DNA of 64,000 bases from an uncultured Candidatus Rokubacteria bacterium (GTDB lineage: Bacteria > Methylomirabilota > Methylomirabilia > Rokubacteriales > CSP1-6), in the NCBI GenBank assembly GCA_963758635.1, contig CAVWWD010000005.1:576001-640000 (forward strand). Direction: 5' to 3'. Each line of letters opens with the position of its first letter. Position 1 is the first letter of the stretch. The notes under the pieces are model-generated. The model saw only the letters and a program-made list of their open reading frames with translations. It did no database searches and was not told the origin of the DNA. Positions 34,781 to 44,701 of the stretch are shown here, one piece after another. The translations under genes were made by a program, and so were the position numbers.

Positions 34781-34817
34781 CGTGCCGTCTCCCTCGCGGT
34801 GAAGAGCGTGCGCTCGG

Positions 34818-35855
34818 CTACCGGACGAACGCGTCTTTTCCGGTGGCGCTGAGCTCCTCGGCGGCCTCGATGAGCTGCTCGATGAGGCGCTCGCTGTCGA
34901 TGCCCTCGGCCTCTCCCTCGAAGTTCAGGATGATCCGGTGTCGGAGGGCGGGCGCCGCGATGGCACGGAGATCATCGCGGCTGACGTTCGCGCGCCCCTC
35001 GGACAGCGCGCGCACCTTGGCGCCAAGGACGAGCGCCTGGGCGCCCCGCGGGCTCGCCCCGTAGCGGACGAACCGCCGGGTGACCTCTGGGGCACGCTCC
35101 CACGCCGGGTGGCTGGCCAGGATGATCGTCGAGGCGAGGTCGCGGACGTGCGAGGCCATCGGCACCTCGCGGACTAGCTCGCGATAGCGGAGCACCTGGG
35201 CGCCCGCCATCACACGCTGCACGGAGACCTCGCGCGGTCGGGTCGTACGGTCGATGATCTCGGTCAGCTCCTCGAGGGCGGGATACCGCACACGGAGCTT
35301 GAAGAGGAAGCGATCGAGCTGCGCCTCCGGCAGGGGATACGTTCCCTCCATCTCGATCGGGTTCTGCGTCGCGAGCACGAAGAACGGCGAGGGGAGGAGG
35401 TGGCCGGTCCCGGAGACCGTGACCGATCCCTCCTGCATGCCCTCGAGCAGGGCCGACTGCGTCTTCGGCGTGGCCCGGTTCACCTCGTCGGCGAGGAGGA
35501 TGTGGCCGAAGATGGGCCCGCGCTGGTACTGGAAGTGCTTCCGCCCGTCGGCGTCCTCGACGATGATGTTCGTCCCGATGATGTCGCCGGGCATGAGGTC
35601 GGGCGTGAACTGGATCCGCGAGAACGACAGGTCCAGCGACTCGGCGAGCGTGCGGATCAGCAGCGTCTTGCCCAGGCCGGGAACGCCCTCGAGGAGCACG
35701 TGCCCGCCCGCGAAGAGACTGGTGAGGACCTGGTTGATCACGTCGTCGTGACCGACGATGACCTTCTGCACCTCGCTCCGGAGCGAGCGGAAGGCCGCGA
35801 CGAACTCCTCGACGCGCCGCTCCTGGGGCTCGGCGGGCTGGGGGGACTCGGTCAT
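34818..35855 (-). CDS. MoxR family AAA+ ATPase
   Basis: HVLLEGVPGLGKT, RIQFTPDLMP, DEVNRATPKTQSALLE and EGTYPLPEAQLDRF. Confidence 0.96.
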   Translation of the reverse strand: MTESPQPAEPQERRVEEFVAAFRSLRSEVQKVIVGHDDVINQVLTSLFAGGHVLLEGVPGLGKTLLIRTLAESLDLSFSRIQFTPDLMPGDIIGTNIIVEDADGRKHFQYQRGPIFGHILLADEVNRATPKTQSALLEGMQEGSVTVSGTGHLLPSPFFVLATQNPIEMEGTYPLPEAQLDRFLFKLRVRYPALEELTEIIDRTTRPREVSVQRVMAGAQVLRYRELVREVPMASHVRDLASTIILASHPAWERAPEVTRRFVRYGASPRGAQALVLGAKVRALSEGRANVSRDDLRAIAAPALRHRIILNFEGEAEGIDSERLIEQLIEAAEELSATGKDAFVR

Positions 35856-36083
35856 GCAGGACTCCTTTCCCGGATCGGGAGGGCGGCCGAGCGATTTCGC
35901 TCATGATAGGGGTGGTCCTCCCGATCGTCAACCGCACCGGCCTGATTTCCCGACGACGACGGACGGTGGAACCGTTGCCAGCCGGGTGACACTCTCAACA
36001 AGCAGGCCACGGGTGTCGGAGGCCGTGCTAAGGTTGCGGGGGTCAGGGTCAGGCGCGGCCGTGAGCCGCTCAGGGAGGACCGG

Positions 36084-36353
36084 ATGGAACGTCTACCGTC
36101 GGACCTGGACTGCCGGGAGTGCATCGAGCTCCTGGCGGAATACGTAGACGGACTCCTGCCGAAGGCCACGGCCGAGGTGCTCGAGTGGCACCTCGAGGGC
36201 TGCGCGCCCTGCATCGCGTTCCTGAACACCTACAAGGGCACCGTCGACGCGGCGAAGCGCCTGCGCGAGACGAAGCTGCCGCCCGAGCTCCGACAGAAGC
36301 TGGTGGCGTTCCTGAAACGCTCCGAGGTCGCCGGGCGCGACCCCGCGCCCTAG
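36084..36353 (+). CDS. zf-HC2 (anti-sigma-type zinc finger) protein
   Basis: C......L.EY.DG.L and H-x3-C-x2-C. Confidence 0.8.
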   Translation: MERLPSDLDCRECIELLAEYVDGLLPKATAEVLEWHLEGCAPCIAFLNTYKGTVDAAKRLRETKLPPELRQKLVAFLKRSEVAGRDPAP

Positions 36354-36478
36354 ACGTGCTCCGCCGTCCTCTCGTCCAGAGGTTGTGAAAGAACGCGGAT
36401 CCTGACTTCAGCGAGCGGGCGAACACCGCGATTCCGCGGACACGCGGCGTGCCGTCTCGCCGTCCATTCAGATCTCCT

Positions 36479-37027
36479 TCAGGGCAGCAGCCGACGGACG
36501 GCCTCCACCGCCCCCTCCCCCGCCCAGTCCATCTCGCCGATCACGCTGTAGCGCACTCGCCCCGTCGCGTCCACGAGGAAGCTGGCGGGCAGCACGCGTA
36601 CTCGCCAGGCGCGCGGCGCATCCGTGTTCGGGTCCAGGAGGACGCGGAGCCCGAGGGTCAGCCGCCGTGTGAACTCGGCCACCTTGGGCCGCGACTCTCC
36701 GTGATTCACGGCGAGGATCGCGAAGGGGCGGCCGGCAAGGCGCCGCTCGAGCGCCTGCATCGAGGGCATCTCCTCGATGCACGGCTCGCACCACGTCGCC
36801 CAGAAGTTGAGCAGGACGACCTTGCCGCGGTAGTCCTCGAGCGTGTGACGCCGGCCGTCGAGGTCCGCGAGGGACAGGGCCGGGGTCGCGCCCCGCCACG
36901 GGATGAAGCGCGAGGGCTCGGCGCGCGCGGCCGGGGCCAGGACGACGGCGCCCGCGGTGATCGCCGCCAGCGCCACCAGCATGCCGCGGAGGCCGCGGAG
37001 CCCGCGCCGCCCCCGCGCGGCCTGCAC
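36479..37027 (-). CDS. TlpA-family thiol-disulfide oxidoreductase
   Basis: Signal/TM segment and NFWATWCEPC..EMP; start uncertain (37027 or 36982). Confidence 0.9.
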   Translation of the reverse strand: MQAARGRRGLRGLRGMLVALAAITAGAVVLAPAARAEPSRFIPWRGATPALSLADLDGRRHTLEDYRGKVVLLNFWATWCEPCIEEMPSMQALERRLAGRPFAILAVNHGESRPKVAEFTRRLTLGLRVLLDPNTDAPRAWRVRVLPASFLVDATGRVRYSVIGEMDWAGEGAVEAVRRLLP

Positions 37028-37032
37028 GCACC

Positions 37033-38145
37033 TCAGGCCTTGAGCTCGCGCGCCGTGATCGTGTACCGGAAGTTGTCCGGGTCGAGCGGATCGCGACGGC
37101 CCTGGGCGGTTTCCCCTTGCGGATACATGAAGAAGCCGACGCGCCCCCCCTGGGTCGCCTCCGGCAGCGCCACGTCGTGCGCCGCGTTGTACGCGAGCCA
37201 GTTGCCTTCCCACCCGCCGAAGAGCTTCGGACGCACCGCCTCGACGATCGGGTGGTCGATCTTCAGCCACTCCGACGTCTCCTCCCGGGCGACCTTCCCG
37301 ACGTCCGCGGGGTCCATCGCGACCCAGCCGTGGTCCTTCAGGAACACCTCCGCGCGGCAATGCTGGGCGCGTGTGATGTTGGCGCTCCCCGCGCCGAGGG
37401 CCTTGTAGCCGAAGGCGGATGGCGCGAGCCGGATGCCGTAGATGTCGCGGGCGGGCACCCCCACCGATCGGACGAGGCCGACGAACAGGCCGTTGATGTC
37501 GCCGCACTTGCCCCCGAAGTTCTTCGTCTCCAGCATCGCCTTGATGTCACCCACGCCGCAGCCGCGCACCTTCGGCTCGCGGTAGGTGTTGGCGAGGATC
37601 CACTCGTAGACCGCCTTCACCTTCTGGACGTCGGTCTTCGCGCCCTTCGTGATCTCGACGGCCGTCTCCCGCACGATGCCGTCGGTGGGCATCAGGTCGG
37701 TCGGCTGCATCCACTGCCGGAGCGTGGCCGCGCCTTCCGCGACCGGCGTCTTCTTCGTCCAGTCCAGCGCGCGGTCCTGCGTCTGCACCTGGCTCACCAC
37801 CTCGAGGACGGCCGCGGCCTCACCCTCCGCCCATTCCGCGTACACGATGCCCGCGCCGTACTTGGCGTCGGTCACCGAGCGCATGACTCGCGCGTTCCCC
37901 GTCCAGCGGTTCTCGACGCCGCGCTGGTACTCGCCGGTGACCACCGGAATCGGCACCCACGCGCGGGCCACCCCCGCGGGCTGGACCACCTCGATCCGGG
38001 TCGTCACCTCGAACGTGCGCCACGTGCCTGGGCGCGGCTCGAAGATCCTCGGCTGCGCGCCCGCGGCTGGGGCCAGGCCGACGGCGCGAGACGCCGCGAT
38101 GCCTGCCGCCGTGGTGGAGATGGTCAGAAACGAACGCCGGTTCAT
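37033..38145 (-). CDS. Tat-exported transglutaminase-like protein
   Basis: MNRRSFL Tat motif; GKCGD (Cys), QHCRAE (His) and W..MDPAD (Asp) triad. Confidence 0.88.
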   Translation of the reverse strand: MNRRSFLTISTTAAGIAASRAVGLAPAAGAQPRIFEPRPGTWRTFEVTTRIEVVQPAGVARAWVPIPVVTGEYQRGVENRWTGNARVMRSVTDAKYGAGIVYAEWAEGEAAAVLEVVSQVQTQDRALDWTKKTPVAEGAATLRQWMQPTDLMPTDGIVRETAVEITKGAKTDVQKVKAVYEWILANTYREPKVRGCGVGDIKAMLETKNFGGKCGDINGLFVGLVRSVGVPARDIYGIRLAPSAFGYKALGAGSANITRAQHCRAEVFLKDHGWVAMDPADVGKVAREETSEWLKIDHPIVEAVRPKLFGGWEGNWLAYNAAHDVALPEATQGGRVGFFMYPQGETAQGRRDPLDPDNFRYTITARELKA

Positions 38146-38222
38146 GTGAACGGTCCTCCTTTTGCGTCGGAGCGATGACGACGATCGGAGCGAAATGATA
38201 TCGGCCGCAGGAAGGAAGTCCA

Positions 38223-38237
38223 ATCGATTCATCCGAT
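38223..38237. promoter_or_regulatory. LysR-type T-N11-A box
   Basis: ATCG-N7-CGAT dyad between the LysR gene and the transglutaminase gene. Confidence 0.5.
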
Positions 38238-38307
38238 ACCGGCTTCGGCGACCATCGGCAGGCACGATCGAGGCTGCGTGCCGGGCGCGGACGGAGGAGG
38301 GGACGCG

Positions 38308-39207
38308 TCAGGAAGAGAGGGCTTCGGCTTCGAGGAAAACGCGGAAGGCCTCGGCGAGCGGCGAGCGGGTGCGCTCTCGATGCGTGCACAGGTGGAACGC
38401 CCGCGTGATCTTCAACTCCTTCACCCGGAGGCTCCACAGCGTTCCCTGGCGGCACTCTTCCTCGACGGCCCGTCGGGACATCACGGTGACCCCGACGCCC
38501 GCCCTCACCGCGAGCTTGATGGCCTGATTCGAGCCCATCTCGCCGGCGAGGCGGAAGCTCGACAGCCCCACGCCGGCGCCGGCCAGCGCTCCTTCCAGCG
38601 CGGATCGCGTCCCGGAGCCGCGCTCACGGATGAGCAGCGGCTCGGTGAGCAGCTCGGCCAGCGTGACGTGCTTCCTGCCGTTCCACGCATGGCCGGGGCT
38701 CACCACGACCACTTCCTCGTCCGGCATCAGCTCGCGGTACTCGACGTGCCGGTTCGCGAGCTGAGCGCCGACCACGCCCAGCTCGACGCGCCCGTCGGCG
38801 ACCCAGTCGACCACGATCTGGCTGCCGCCGATCAGGAGGGACACCGCGATGTCCGGGTACTTCTCCTTGAAGCGGCCCACGAGGATGGGCAGGACGTGCT
38901 CGCCCGGGATCGTGCTTCCCCCGACGACGAGCTCGCCGGTCATCTTGCCCTGGAAGCTGTCCACGGCCTGCCGCGCTTCCTTCTGGAGCGCGAGCAAACG
39001 GTGGGCGTACGTCAGGAGCACCTGCCCCACGCGGGTGACACTGGCTCCGCGCCCCAGGCGGTCGAGGAGGCGCGCGCCCACCTCGTCCTCGAGCGTCCGG
39101 ATGTGCTCGGAGATCGTGGGCTGGGTGAGGTGCAGGGCTTCCGCGGCGCGCGAGAAGGACCCGAGCTCCGCCACCTTCGAGAAGATCTCGAGCTGTCTCA
39201 GGTCCAT
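38308..39207 (-). CDS. LysR family regulator (CysL-like)
   Basis: MDLRQL..F, SFSRAA..L.LTQP.IS, GGSTIPGE..LP and RE.GSGTR. Confidence 0.93.
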   Translation of the reverse strand: MDLRQLEIFSKVAELGSFSRAAEALHLTQPTISEHIRTLEDEVGARLLDRLGRGASVTRVGQVLLTYAHRLLALQKEARQAVDSFQGKMTGELVVGGSTIPGEHVLPILVGRFKEKYPDIAVSLLIGGSQIVVDWVADGRVELGVVGAQLANRHVEYRELMPDEEVVVVSPGHAWNGRKHVTLAELLTEPLLIRERGSGTRSALEGALAGAGVGLSSFRLAGEMGSNQAIKLAVRAGVGVTVMSRRAVEEECRQGTLWSLRVKELKITRAFHLCTHRERTRSPLAEAFRVFLEAEALSS

Positions 39208-39263
39208 TGCGCTTCGAAGTATATCAGTGGCCGCCAGCCGGGATCGGGCCGACGCGCGCCCGC

Positions 39264-40649
39264 TCAGCGCGAGAGCTGCGCGGCGGCCTCCATGAGCCCC
39301 TCGGCGAGGGTGGGATGCGCGTGGATGGTCGCGGCGACGTCCTCGGCGAGGAGCGCGGCCTCCACGGCGAGCGCGCCTTCCGCGATCAGCTCGCCCGCGC
39401 CCGGCCCCACGATGCCGACACCGAGGACACGCCCGGTGTCGGGGTCGGCGAGCACCTTCGTGACGCCGTCCGCGCGACCGAGCGTGGCCGCTCGGCCCGA
39501 GGCGGCCCAGGCGAACCGGGCGATCCGGACGGCGCGTCCGGCCCGCGACGCGGCGGCCTCGGTGAGACCGCACCACGCTACTTCCGGGTCGGTGAACACC
39601 ACCGCGGGGACGACGACGTTGTCGAACGCGGCGGCGCGGCCGGCGATCGCCTCGGCGGCCACCACGCCCTGTCGCATCGCACGGTGGGCAAGCATGGGCT
39701 CTCCGGTGACGTCTCCGACGGCGTACACGTGCGGGTCCGCGGTCCGGCCGCGCTCGTCCACGCGGATGACGCCGCGATCGTCCGCGCGAACGCCCGTCGC
39801 CTCCAGACCGAGGCCATCGGACACGGCGCGGCGGCCCACGGCCACGAGCGCGCGATCGAAGCGCGCCACCTCGCCGCCGCCGAGGAGGGCCTCGACCTCC
39901 GCGCCCCGCTCGCGGAGATCGGCGATCCGCGTGCCGATCCGCACCGACGTGAACTGACGCTCGACGCGCCGGGCCAGCGGCGTCACGAGATCACGGTCGG
40001 CCCCGGGCAGGAGCCCGTCGGTCATCTCGACGAGCGTCACCGCGCTCCCCAGGGCGGCGTAGACCTGGCCGAGCTCGAGCCCGATGTAGCCGCCGCCGAT
40101 CACGAGGAGCCGCTCGGGAACGTCGGCGACCTCGAGGGCCGCCGTCGAGTCCATCACGCGATCGCCGAGGGACGCCACGCCCGGAAGCGGCGCGGGCCGG
40201 CTGCCCGTGGCGATGATCGCGTGCACGAAGCCGATCCGGCGCGCCTCCTCGCCCTCGACGCGGAGCTGCCGCGATCCCTCGAACACCGCGCGGCCGACGA
40301 CGAGCTCCACGCCCTTGCCCTTGGCGCTGGCGGCGAGGCCACGCGCGAGCCGGCCCACCACCCGGTCGGCCTTCCATTTCCTGAGCGCGTCGAGCGACAC
40401 GCGGGGCGGCCCGAAGTCCACCCCGAAGTCGCGGGCCCGTTCCGCCTCCGCGATCAGCCCCGCCACGTGCAGGAGCGCCTTGGACGGGATGCAGCCCTCG
40501 TGCAGGCACGCGCCGCCGAGGCGCCCGGCCGCGTCCACGATCACGGTCTCGAGGCCCAGCTCGGCGCAGCGGAAGGCGGCCGAGTAGCCACCCGGCCCGC
40601 CGCCGACCACGACGACGTCGACCTCCCGGACGAGATCGCCCATCACCAT
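39264..40649 (-). CDS. lpdA: dihydrolipoamide dehydrogenase (E3)
   Basis: GGGPGGY, GGACL..GCIPSK and HAHPTLAE. Confidence 0.96.
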   Translation of the reverse strand: MVMGDLVREVDVVVVGGGPGGYSAAFRCAELGLETVIVDAAGRLGGACLHEGCIPSKALLHVAGLIAEAERARDFGVDFGPPRVSLDALRKWKADRVVGRLARGLAASAKGKGVELVVGRAVFEGSRQLRVEGEEARRIGFVHAIIATGSRPAPLPGVASLGDRVMDSTAALEVADVPERLLVIGGGYIGLELGQVYAALGSAVTLVEMTDGLLPGADRDLVTPLARRVERQFTSVRIGTRIADLRERGAEVEALLGGGEVARFDRALVAVGRRAVSDGLGLEATGVRADDRGVIRVDERGRTADPHVYAVGDVTGEPMLAHRAMRQGVVAAEAIAGRAAAFDNVVVPAVVFTDPEVAWCGLTEAAASRAGRAVRIARFAWAASGRAATLGRADGVTKVLADPDTGRVLGVGIVGPGAGELIAEGALAVEAALLAEDVAATIHAHPTLAEGLMEAAAQLSR

Positions 40650-40653
40650 GGCG

Positions 40654-41982
40654 CTACAGGCCCAGCAGGAGCTGCTGCGGGTGCTCCAGGCGCCGCACGA
40701 TGTCCGCGCAGAAGCGCGCGCCGTCGGCCCCGTCGGCCACCCGATGATCGAACGTGAGGGACAGCGGCAGGCAGAAGCGCGGCACGATCCCGCCGTCGCG
40801 GACCACGGCCTCGTGGCGTCCCCGCGCGACCGCGAGGATCGCCACCTCCGGATAGTTGATGATGGGGATCGCCCCGGTGCCGCCCAGCGCGCCGGTGTTC
40901 GTGATGGTGAAGGTGCCGCCGCGGAGGTCGTCCAGGCCCGCCTTGCCCTCGCGGACGCGCTGGGCCAGCGCCGCGAGCTCGCGCGCCAGCTCGAGCACGG
41001 GCTTCTGGTCCACGTCGCGGATCACCGGGACGATCAGCCCACGCTCGGTGGCGACGGCCACCCCGACGTGGCAGTAGCGCTTGAGGATCATCTCCCCCGC
41101 CGCCGCGTCGAGGCTCCCGTTGAACGTGGGATGGTCCCGGAGGGCCAGGGACACCGCCTTGAGGAGGAAGCTGGTCAGGGTGAGGTAGACGCCTCGGCCC
41201 TGGGCCGCCTCGACGTTGTCCCGGACGAGCGCGTCCAGCTCGGTGATGTCGGCGCGGTCGAAGTGCGTGACGTGCGGGACGAGCGTCGCGGAGAGCGTCA
41301 TGCGTTCGGCGATGGTGCGGCGGAGATGCGACAGCGGGACGCGCTCGACCGGCCCCCACTGCTCGAAGCGCGGGAGCGGCGGCGGCTCCACGCCGACGGC
41401 GGCGAGCGGCCGGGACGCCGCGGCAGCCGGCGCCGGCGGGACGGCGGTCGCCGATGATGGTGGGCCCGCGGGGGCGGCCGCCGCCGCGGACGGAGCGGCC
41501 ACGCGGGAGCCTGCGGCCGCCGCGCGCACGTCCTCGTCGCCGATGCGCCCGCCGGGGCCGGTGCCGCGGACGGAGCGGAGATCCACGCCGAGCTCACGCG
41601 CGAGCCGGCGCGTCGCCGGCGTGGCGGGCGGCGGACCGTCGGCGTGCTCCCGAACGGCCGCCGCGCTGCCCGTGCCGACGGCGCCCGGCGCGCCGGCCCG
41701 CGTGGAGGACGGCACGGGCGCCGGCCGCGTCGCGGGCGCCTCGGCGTCCCCGAAGCTGACCAGCGGCGCCCCCACCTTCACCGTCTCGCCGGGCCGGACG
41801 TGGATGCGCTCCACGCGTCCCGCGAACGGCGACGGGATCTCGACCTGGGCCTTGTCGGTCTCCACCTCCAGGAGCGGCGCGTCCTCGGCGACGTCCTCCC
41901 CTTCCCGTACGAGGATCCGGACGATCTCGGCCTCGGTCAGGCCCTCGCCCAGGTCGGGCAACGCAAAGGTGCGGGCGGCCAC
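40654..41982 (-). CDS. 2-oxoacid dehydrogenase E2 acyltransferase
   Basis: Lipoyl motif ETDKA, E3-binding PATRRLARELG and FDHRVADG. Confidence 0.95.
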   Translation of the reverse strand: MAARTFALPDLGEGLTEAEIVRILVREGEDVAEDAPLLEVETDKAQVEIPSPFAGRVERIHVRPGETVKVGAPLVSFGDAEAPATRPAPVPSSTRAGAPGAVGTGSAAAVREHADGPPPATPATRRLARELGVDLRSVRGTGPGGRIGDEDVRAAAAGSRVAAPSAAAAAPAGPPSSATAVPPAPAAAASRPLAAVGVEPPPLPRFEQWGPVERVPLSHLRRTIAERMTLSATLVPHVTHFDRADITELDALVRDNVEAAQGRGVYLTLTSFLLKAVSLALRDHPTFNGSLDAAAGEMILKRYCHVGVAVATERGLIVPVIRDVDQKPVLELARELAALAQRVREGKAGLDDLRGGTFTITNTGALGGTGAIPIINYPEVAILAVARGRHEAVVRDGGIVPRFCLPLSLTFDHRVADGADGARFCADIVRRLEHPQQLLLGL

Positions 41983-41997
41983 GGCGAGCGCGCTCCG

Positions 41998-42978
41998 CTA
42001 GAAGGCGAGGGTCTGTCGGGCCGCGGTCACGAGGCGCGCCACGTCGGGCAGGTTCGCGCGCTCGCGCGCGAACCCGACGAAGGGCAGGTCGTAGCCGGCC
42101 ACCCGGGCCACCGGCGCCTCCAGGAACAGGAACGCGCCCTCCATGATGCTGGCGGCGATCTCCGCTCCGGGGCCGAAGCTCCGCGGCGCCTCGTGGACGA
42201 CGACGGCGCGGCCGGTCTTCTGCACGGACGCGGCGATCGTCGCCCGATCCAGCGGCGACAGGGTCAGAAGGTCGATCACCTCGGCCTCCACGCCATCGGC
42301 CTCGTGGAGCGTCTCCGCCGCCTCCCGCGCCACCCGCACCATGGCGCCGTAGGCGACCAGCGTGATGTCGCGTCCCTCGCGCACGACCTGCGCCTGGCCG
42401 ATCGGGAGCGTCTCCGGCTCGTCGGGCACCTCCTCGCGCGCCGCGTGATAGAGCGCCTTGGCCTCGAAGAAGACGACGGGGTCGGGATCGCGGATGGCGC
42501 TGGCGAGGAGCGCGCGGGCGTTCCGCGGCGCCGAGGGCACGACCATCTTGAGGCCGGGGATGTGCGCGTAGAACTGCTCCTCGCTCTCCGAATGGTGCTC
42601 GAGCGCGCGGACGCCGCCGCCGTACGGCATGCGGACGACCATCTGGCAGTGGAAGCGCCCCATCGTCCGCATGCGGTAGCGCGCGGCATGGTTCTCGATC
42701 TGGTGGAAGCACTGGAAGGCGAAGCCCGAGAACTGGATCTCGCAGATGGGCTTGAGCCCGTAGATCGCCATCCCGACCGAGGCGCCGACGATGGCCGCCT
42801 CGGCGAGGGGGCTGTCGATCACGCGCTGGGAACCGAACTTCCGCTGGAGGTCGTCGGTGACCCGGAAGACGCCGCCGTCGACACCGACGTCCTCGCCGAG
42901 GATGATCACGTCGGGGTCGCGGTCCATCTCCTGCAGGAGCGCGAGGTTCAGCGCCTTGACCATGTTGAGCTTGGTCAT
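41998..42978 (-). CDS. 2-oxoacid dehydrogenase E1 beta
   Basis: GEDVG..GGVFR, D.PLAE, EIQFSGF and EHHSES. Confidence 0.95.
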   Translation of the reverse strand: MTKLNMVKALNLALLQEMDRDPDVIILGEDVGVDGGVFRVTDDLQRKFGSQRVIDSPLAEAAIVGASVGMAIYGLKPICEIQFSGFAFQCFHQIENHAARYRMRTMGRFHCQMVVRMPYGGGVRALEHHSESEEQFYAHIPGLKMVVPSAPRNARALLASAIRDPDPVVFFEAKALYHAAREEVPDEPETLPIGQAQVVREGRDITLVAYGAMVRVAREAAETLHEADGVEAEVIDLLTLSPLDRATIAASVQKTGRAVVVHEAPRSFGPGAEIAASIMEGAFLFLEAPVARVAGYDLPFVGFARERANLPDVARLVTAARQTLAF

Positions 42979-43012
42979 CGGCGTCTCCGCGTCGCCGCCG
43001 GCCCCTGCGGGC

Positions 43013-44159
43013 TCATCGCCGCGGCTGGCGCTGCCCGCGCATGGGCACGGCGTCTTCGGGGGAGGTGGCGGGCTCGGCGGTCGGCCCGGCACCGCCCTCG
43101 CCGAGTCGCGCGATCATCTCCGCCCGCTGTGCCTCGAGCGAGGCGGGCCGCTCGGCGTACGCGTGATCGAAGGCCACGAGGGGATCGGCGGGCGGCACCG
43201 ACTCGAAGCGTCGGACGGCCCCGGAGATCTCGGCGTCCACCGCGGCCTCGACCGTCTCGTCGAGGAGTCCTTTACCCTCCAGGTACGCGCGGAAGCGGGT
43301 GAGCGGGTCCTTCCGCTCCCACGCCCGCACCTCCTCCTCGGAGCGGTACTTGGTGGGGTCGTCGGCCGTCGTGTGCACGCTCATCCGGTAGGTCACGCAC
43401 TCGATGAGGGTGGGGCCCTCGCCCGCGCGGGCGCGGTCGACGGCCTCGCGCGTCGCCGCGTGCACGGCCAGGATGTCGTTGCCGTCGACCTGGCTCCCGG
43501 GGAAGCCGTAGGCGAAGGCCTTCTGCGCGATGCGTCCGCGAGTGCGTCTGCTTCTTGAGCGGGACCGAGATCGCCCACTGGTTGTTCTGGCACACGAAGA
43601 CGACGGGCACGTGCCAGACCCCGGCGAAGTTGAGGGCCTCGTGGAAGTCGCCCTCGGAGGTGGCGCCGTCGCCGAAGTAGACCATCACCACCGCGTCGTC
43701 GCCCCGGTACTGGGCGGCGTAGGCGATGCCGACGGCGTGCGGTAGCTGGGTGGCGACGGGAATCGTGATCGGCAGGTCGCGCTGGTCCGGCTCGGGCTGG
43801 GCGCCCTCGAGGCGACCGGCGAAGAACAGCAGGATCTTCTCGATGGGCCAGCCACGCCAGAGCATCGCCGCCGTCTCGCGAAACGACGGCACCATCCAGT
43901 CCGTGGGACGCAGCGCGCTGATGCTGCCGACCTGCGCGGCCTCCTGGCCCTTGATCGGCGCGAACGTGCCGATGCGGCCTTGACGCTGCAGCCGCACCAT
44001 CCGCTCGTCCACGCGGCGCCCGAGCACCATGGCCCGGTACATCCGGAGCAGCTCATCGGCGGGGATCTTCGGCTCGAGGGCAGCGTCCAGGTTTCCGTCG
44101 GCGTCGAGGACGGAAAGGTACGAGACGGGAGAGGCGGGCTGGCTGACGCTTCTCGGCAT
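43013..44159 (-). CDS. 2-oxoacid dehydrogenase E1 alpha (frameshift near 43535)
   Basis: LQRQGRI, GQEA, GDGATSEGDF...NN.WAIS and H.TADDP..YR in the second frame. Confidence 0.92.
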
Positions 44160-44194
44160 GCGCGTCCTGCGCTCCGGCGGTCCGGCGGGAAGTC

Positions 44195-44219
44195 AAAGGG
44201 GGCCCGCGGGGGCCCCCTC
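44195..44219 (-). terminator. GC hairpin, probable terminator
   Basis: GGGGGCCC-gcgg-GGGCCCCC followed by TTT on the minus strand, after the FmdB gene. Confidence 0.45.
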
Positions 44220-44246
44220 ACGCTCCTTCGGCGGGGACGATCGCCC

Positions 44247-44459
44247 CTAGTGACACCCGCAGCCGCCTCCGCAGCAGCCGCCGCCCATCCCGCCGGCCGC
44301 CGGCCCATCGCTCGCGCGGGTGCCGGCCATCGCCCGGAACATCGAGAGGCGCCGGGTTACCCTGGGGCTGTCGCACGTCGGGCACGCCACGACGGTGCGG
44401 CTGTCCACCAGCTTCTCGAACTCGGCCCCGCACTCGCACCGGTACTCGTAGATGGGCAC
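44247..44459 (-). CDS. FmdB family zinc-ribbon protein
   Basis: MPIYEYRC.CG..FE, CP.C and Cys-rich tail GCCGGGCGCH. Confidence 0.9.
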   Translation of the reverse strand: MPIYEYRCECGAEFEKLVDSRTVVACPTCDSPRVTRRLSMFRAMAGTRASDGPAAGGMGGGCCGGGCGCH

Positions 44460-44461
44460 CG

Positions 44462-44665
44462 CTATTCGCCTCCACGCTGGACGTAGCTCTTCACGAACTC
44501 CTCGGCGTTCTCCTCGAGGATGTCGTCGATCTCGTCCAGCAGGTTGTCCAGGTCTTCCTTGATCTTCTTACCCTTCTTGGTCAGCTCCGCGCTGCCGCCC
44601 GAAGAGGCGTCATCCCCTTCCGCCGGCTTGTTCGGTCTCGTCTCCTTCTTCTTCTGCTCTGCCAT
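44462..44665 (-). CDS. pup: prokaryotic ubiquitin-like protein Pup
   Basis: 67 aa; disordered N-terminus; D.LLDEIDDILEENAEEFVKSYVQRGGE matches the Pup C-terminal signature. Confidence 0.92.
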   Translation of the reverse strand: MAEQKKKETRPNKPAEGDDASSGGSAELTKKGKKIKEDLDNLLDEIDDILEENAEEFVKSYVQRGGE

Positions 44666-44701
44666 GGACCTGTCCTCCCGGCTCCCCGAGGGGGCGACCC
44701 C

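Noticed and set aside
36378..36470. GAGGTTGTGAAAGAA as a possible IS terminus between convergent genes
   Set aside because: No matching second end, duplication or transposase fragment could be found.
43013..44159. Programmed frameshifting in E1 alpha or other broken genes
   Set aside because: No slippery heptamer was evident at the breaks, and window-wide indels are better explained by assembly error.
44247..44262. CTAGTGACACCCGCAG resembling the MITE end
   Set aside because: It is the coding 3' end of the FmdB gene (CGCH-stop), and the similarity does not extend.
44462..44665. Calling the small GGE protein UBact
   Set aside because: The LLDEIDD.LEENAEEFV..YVQ.GG sequence is the Pup signature.
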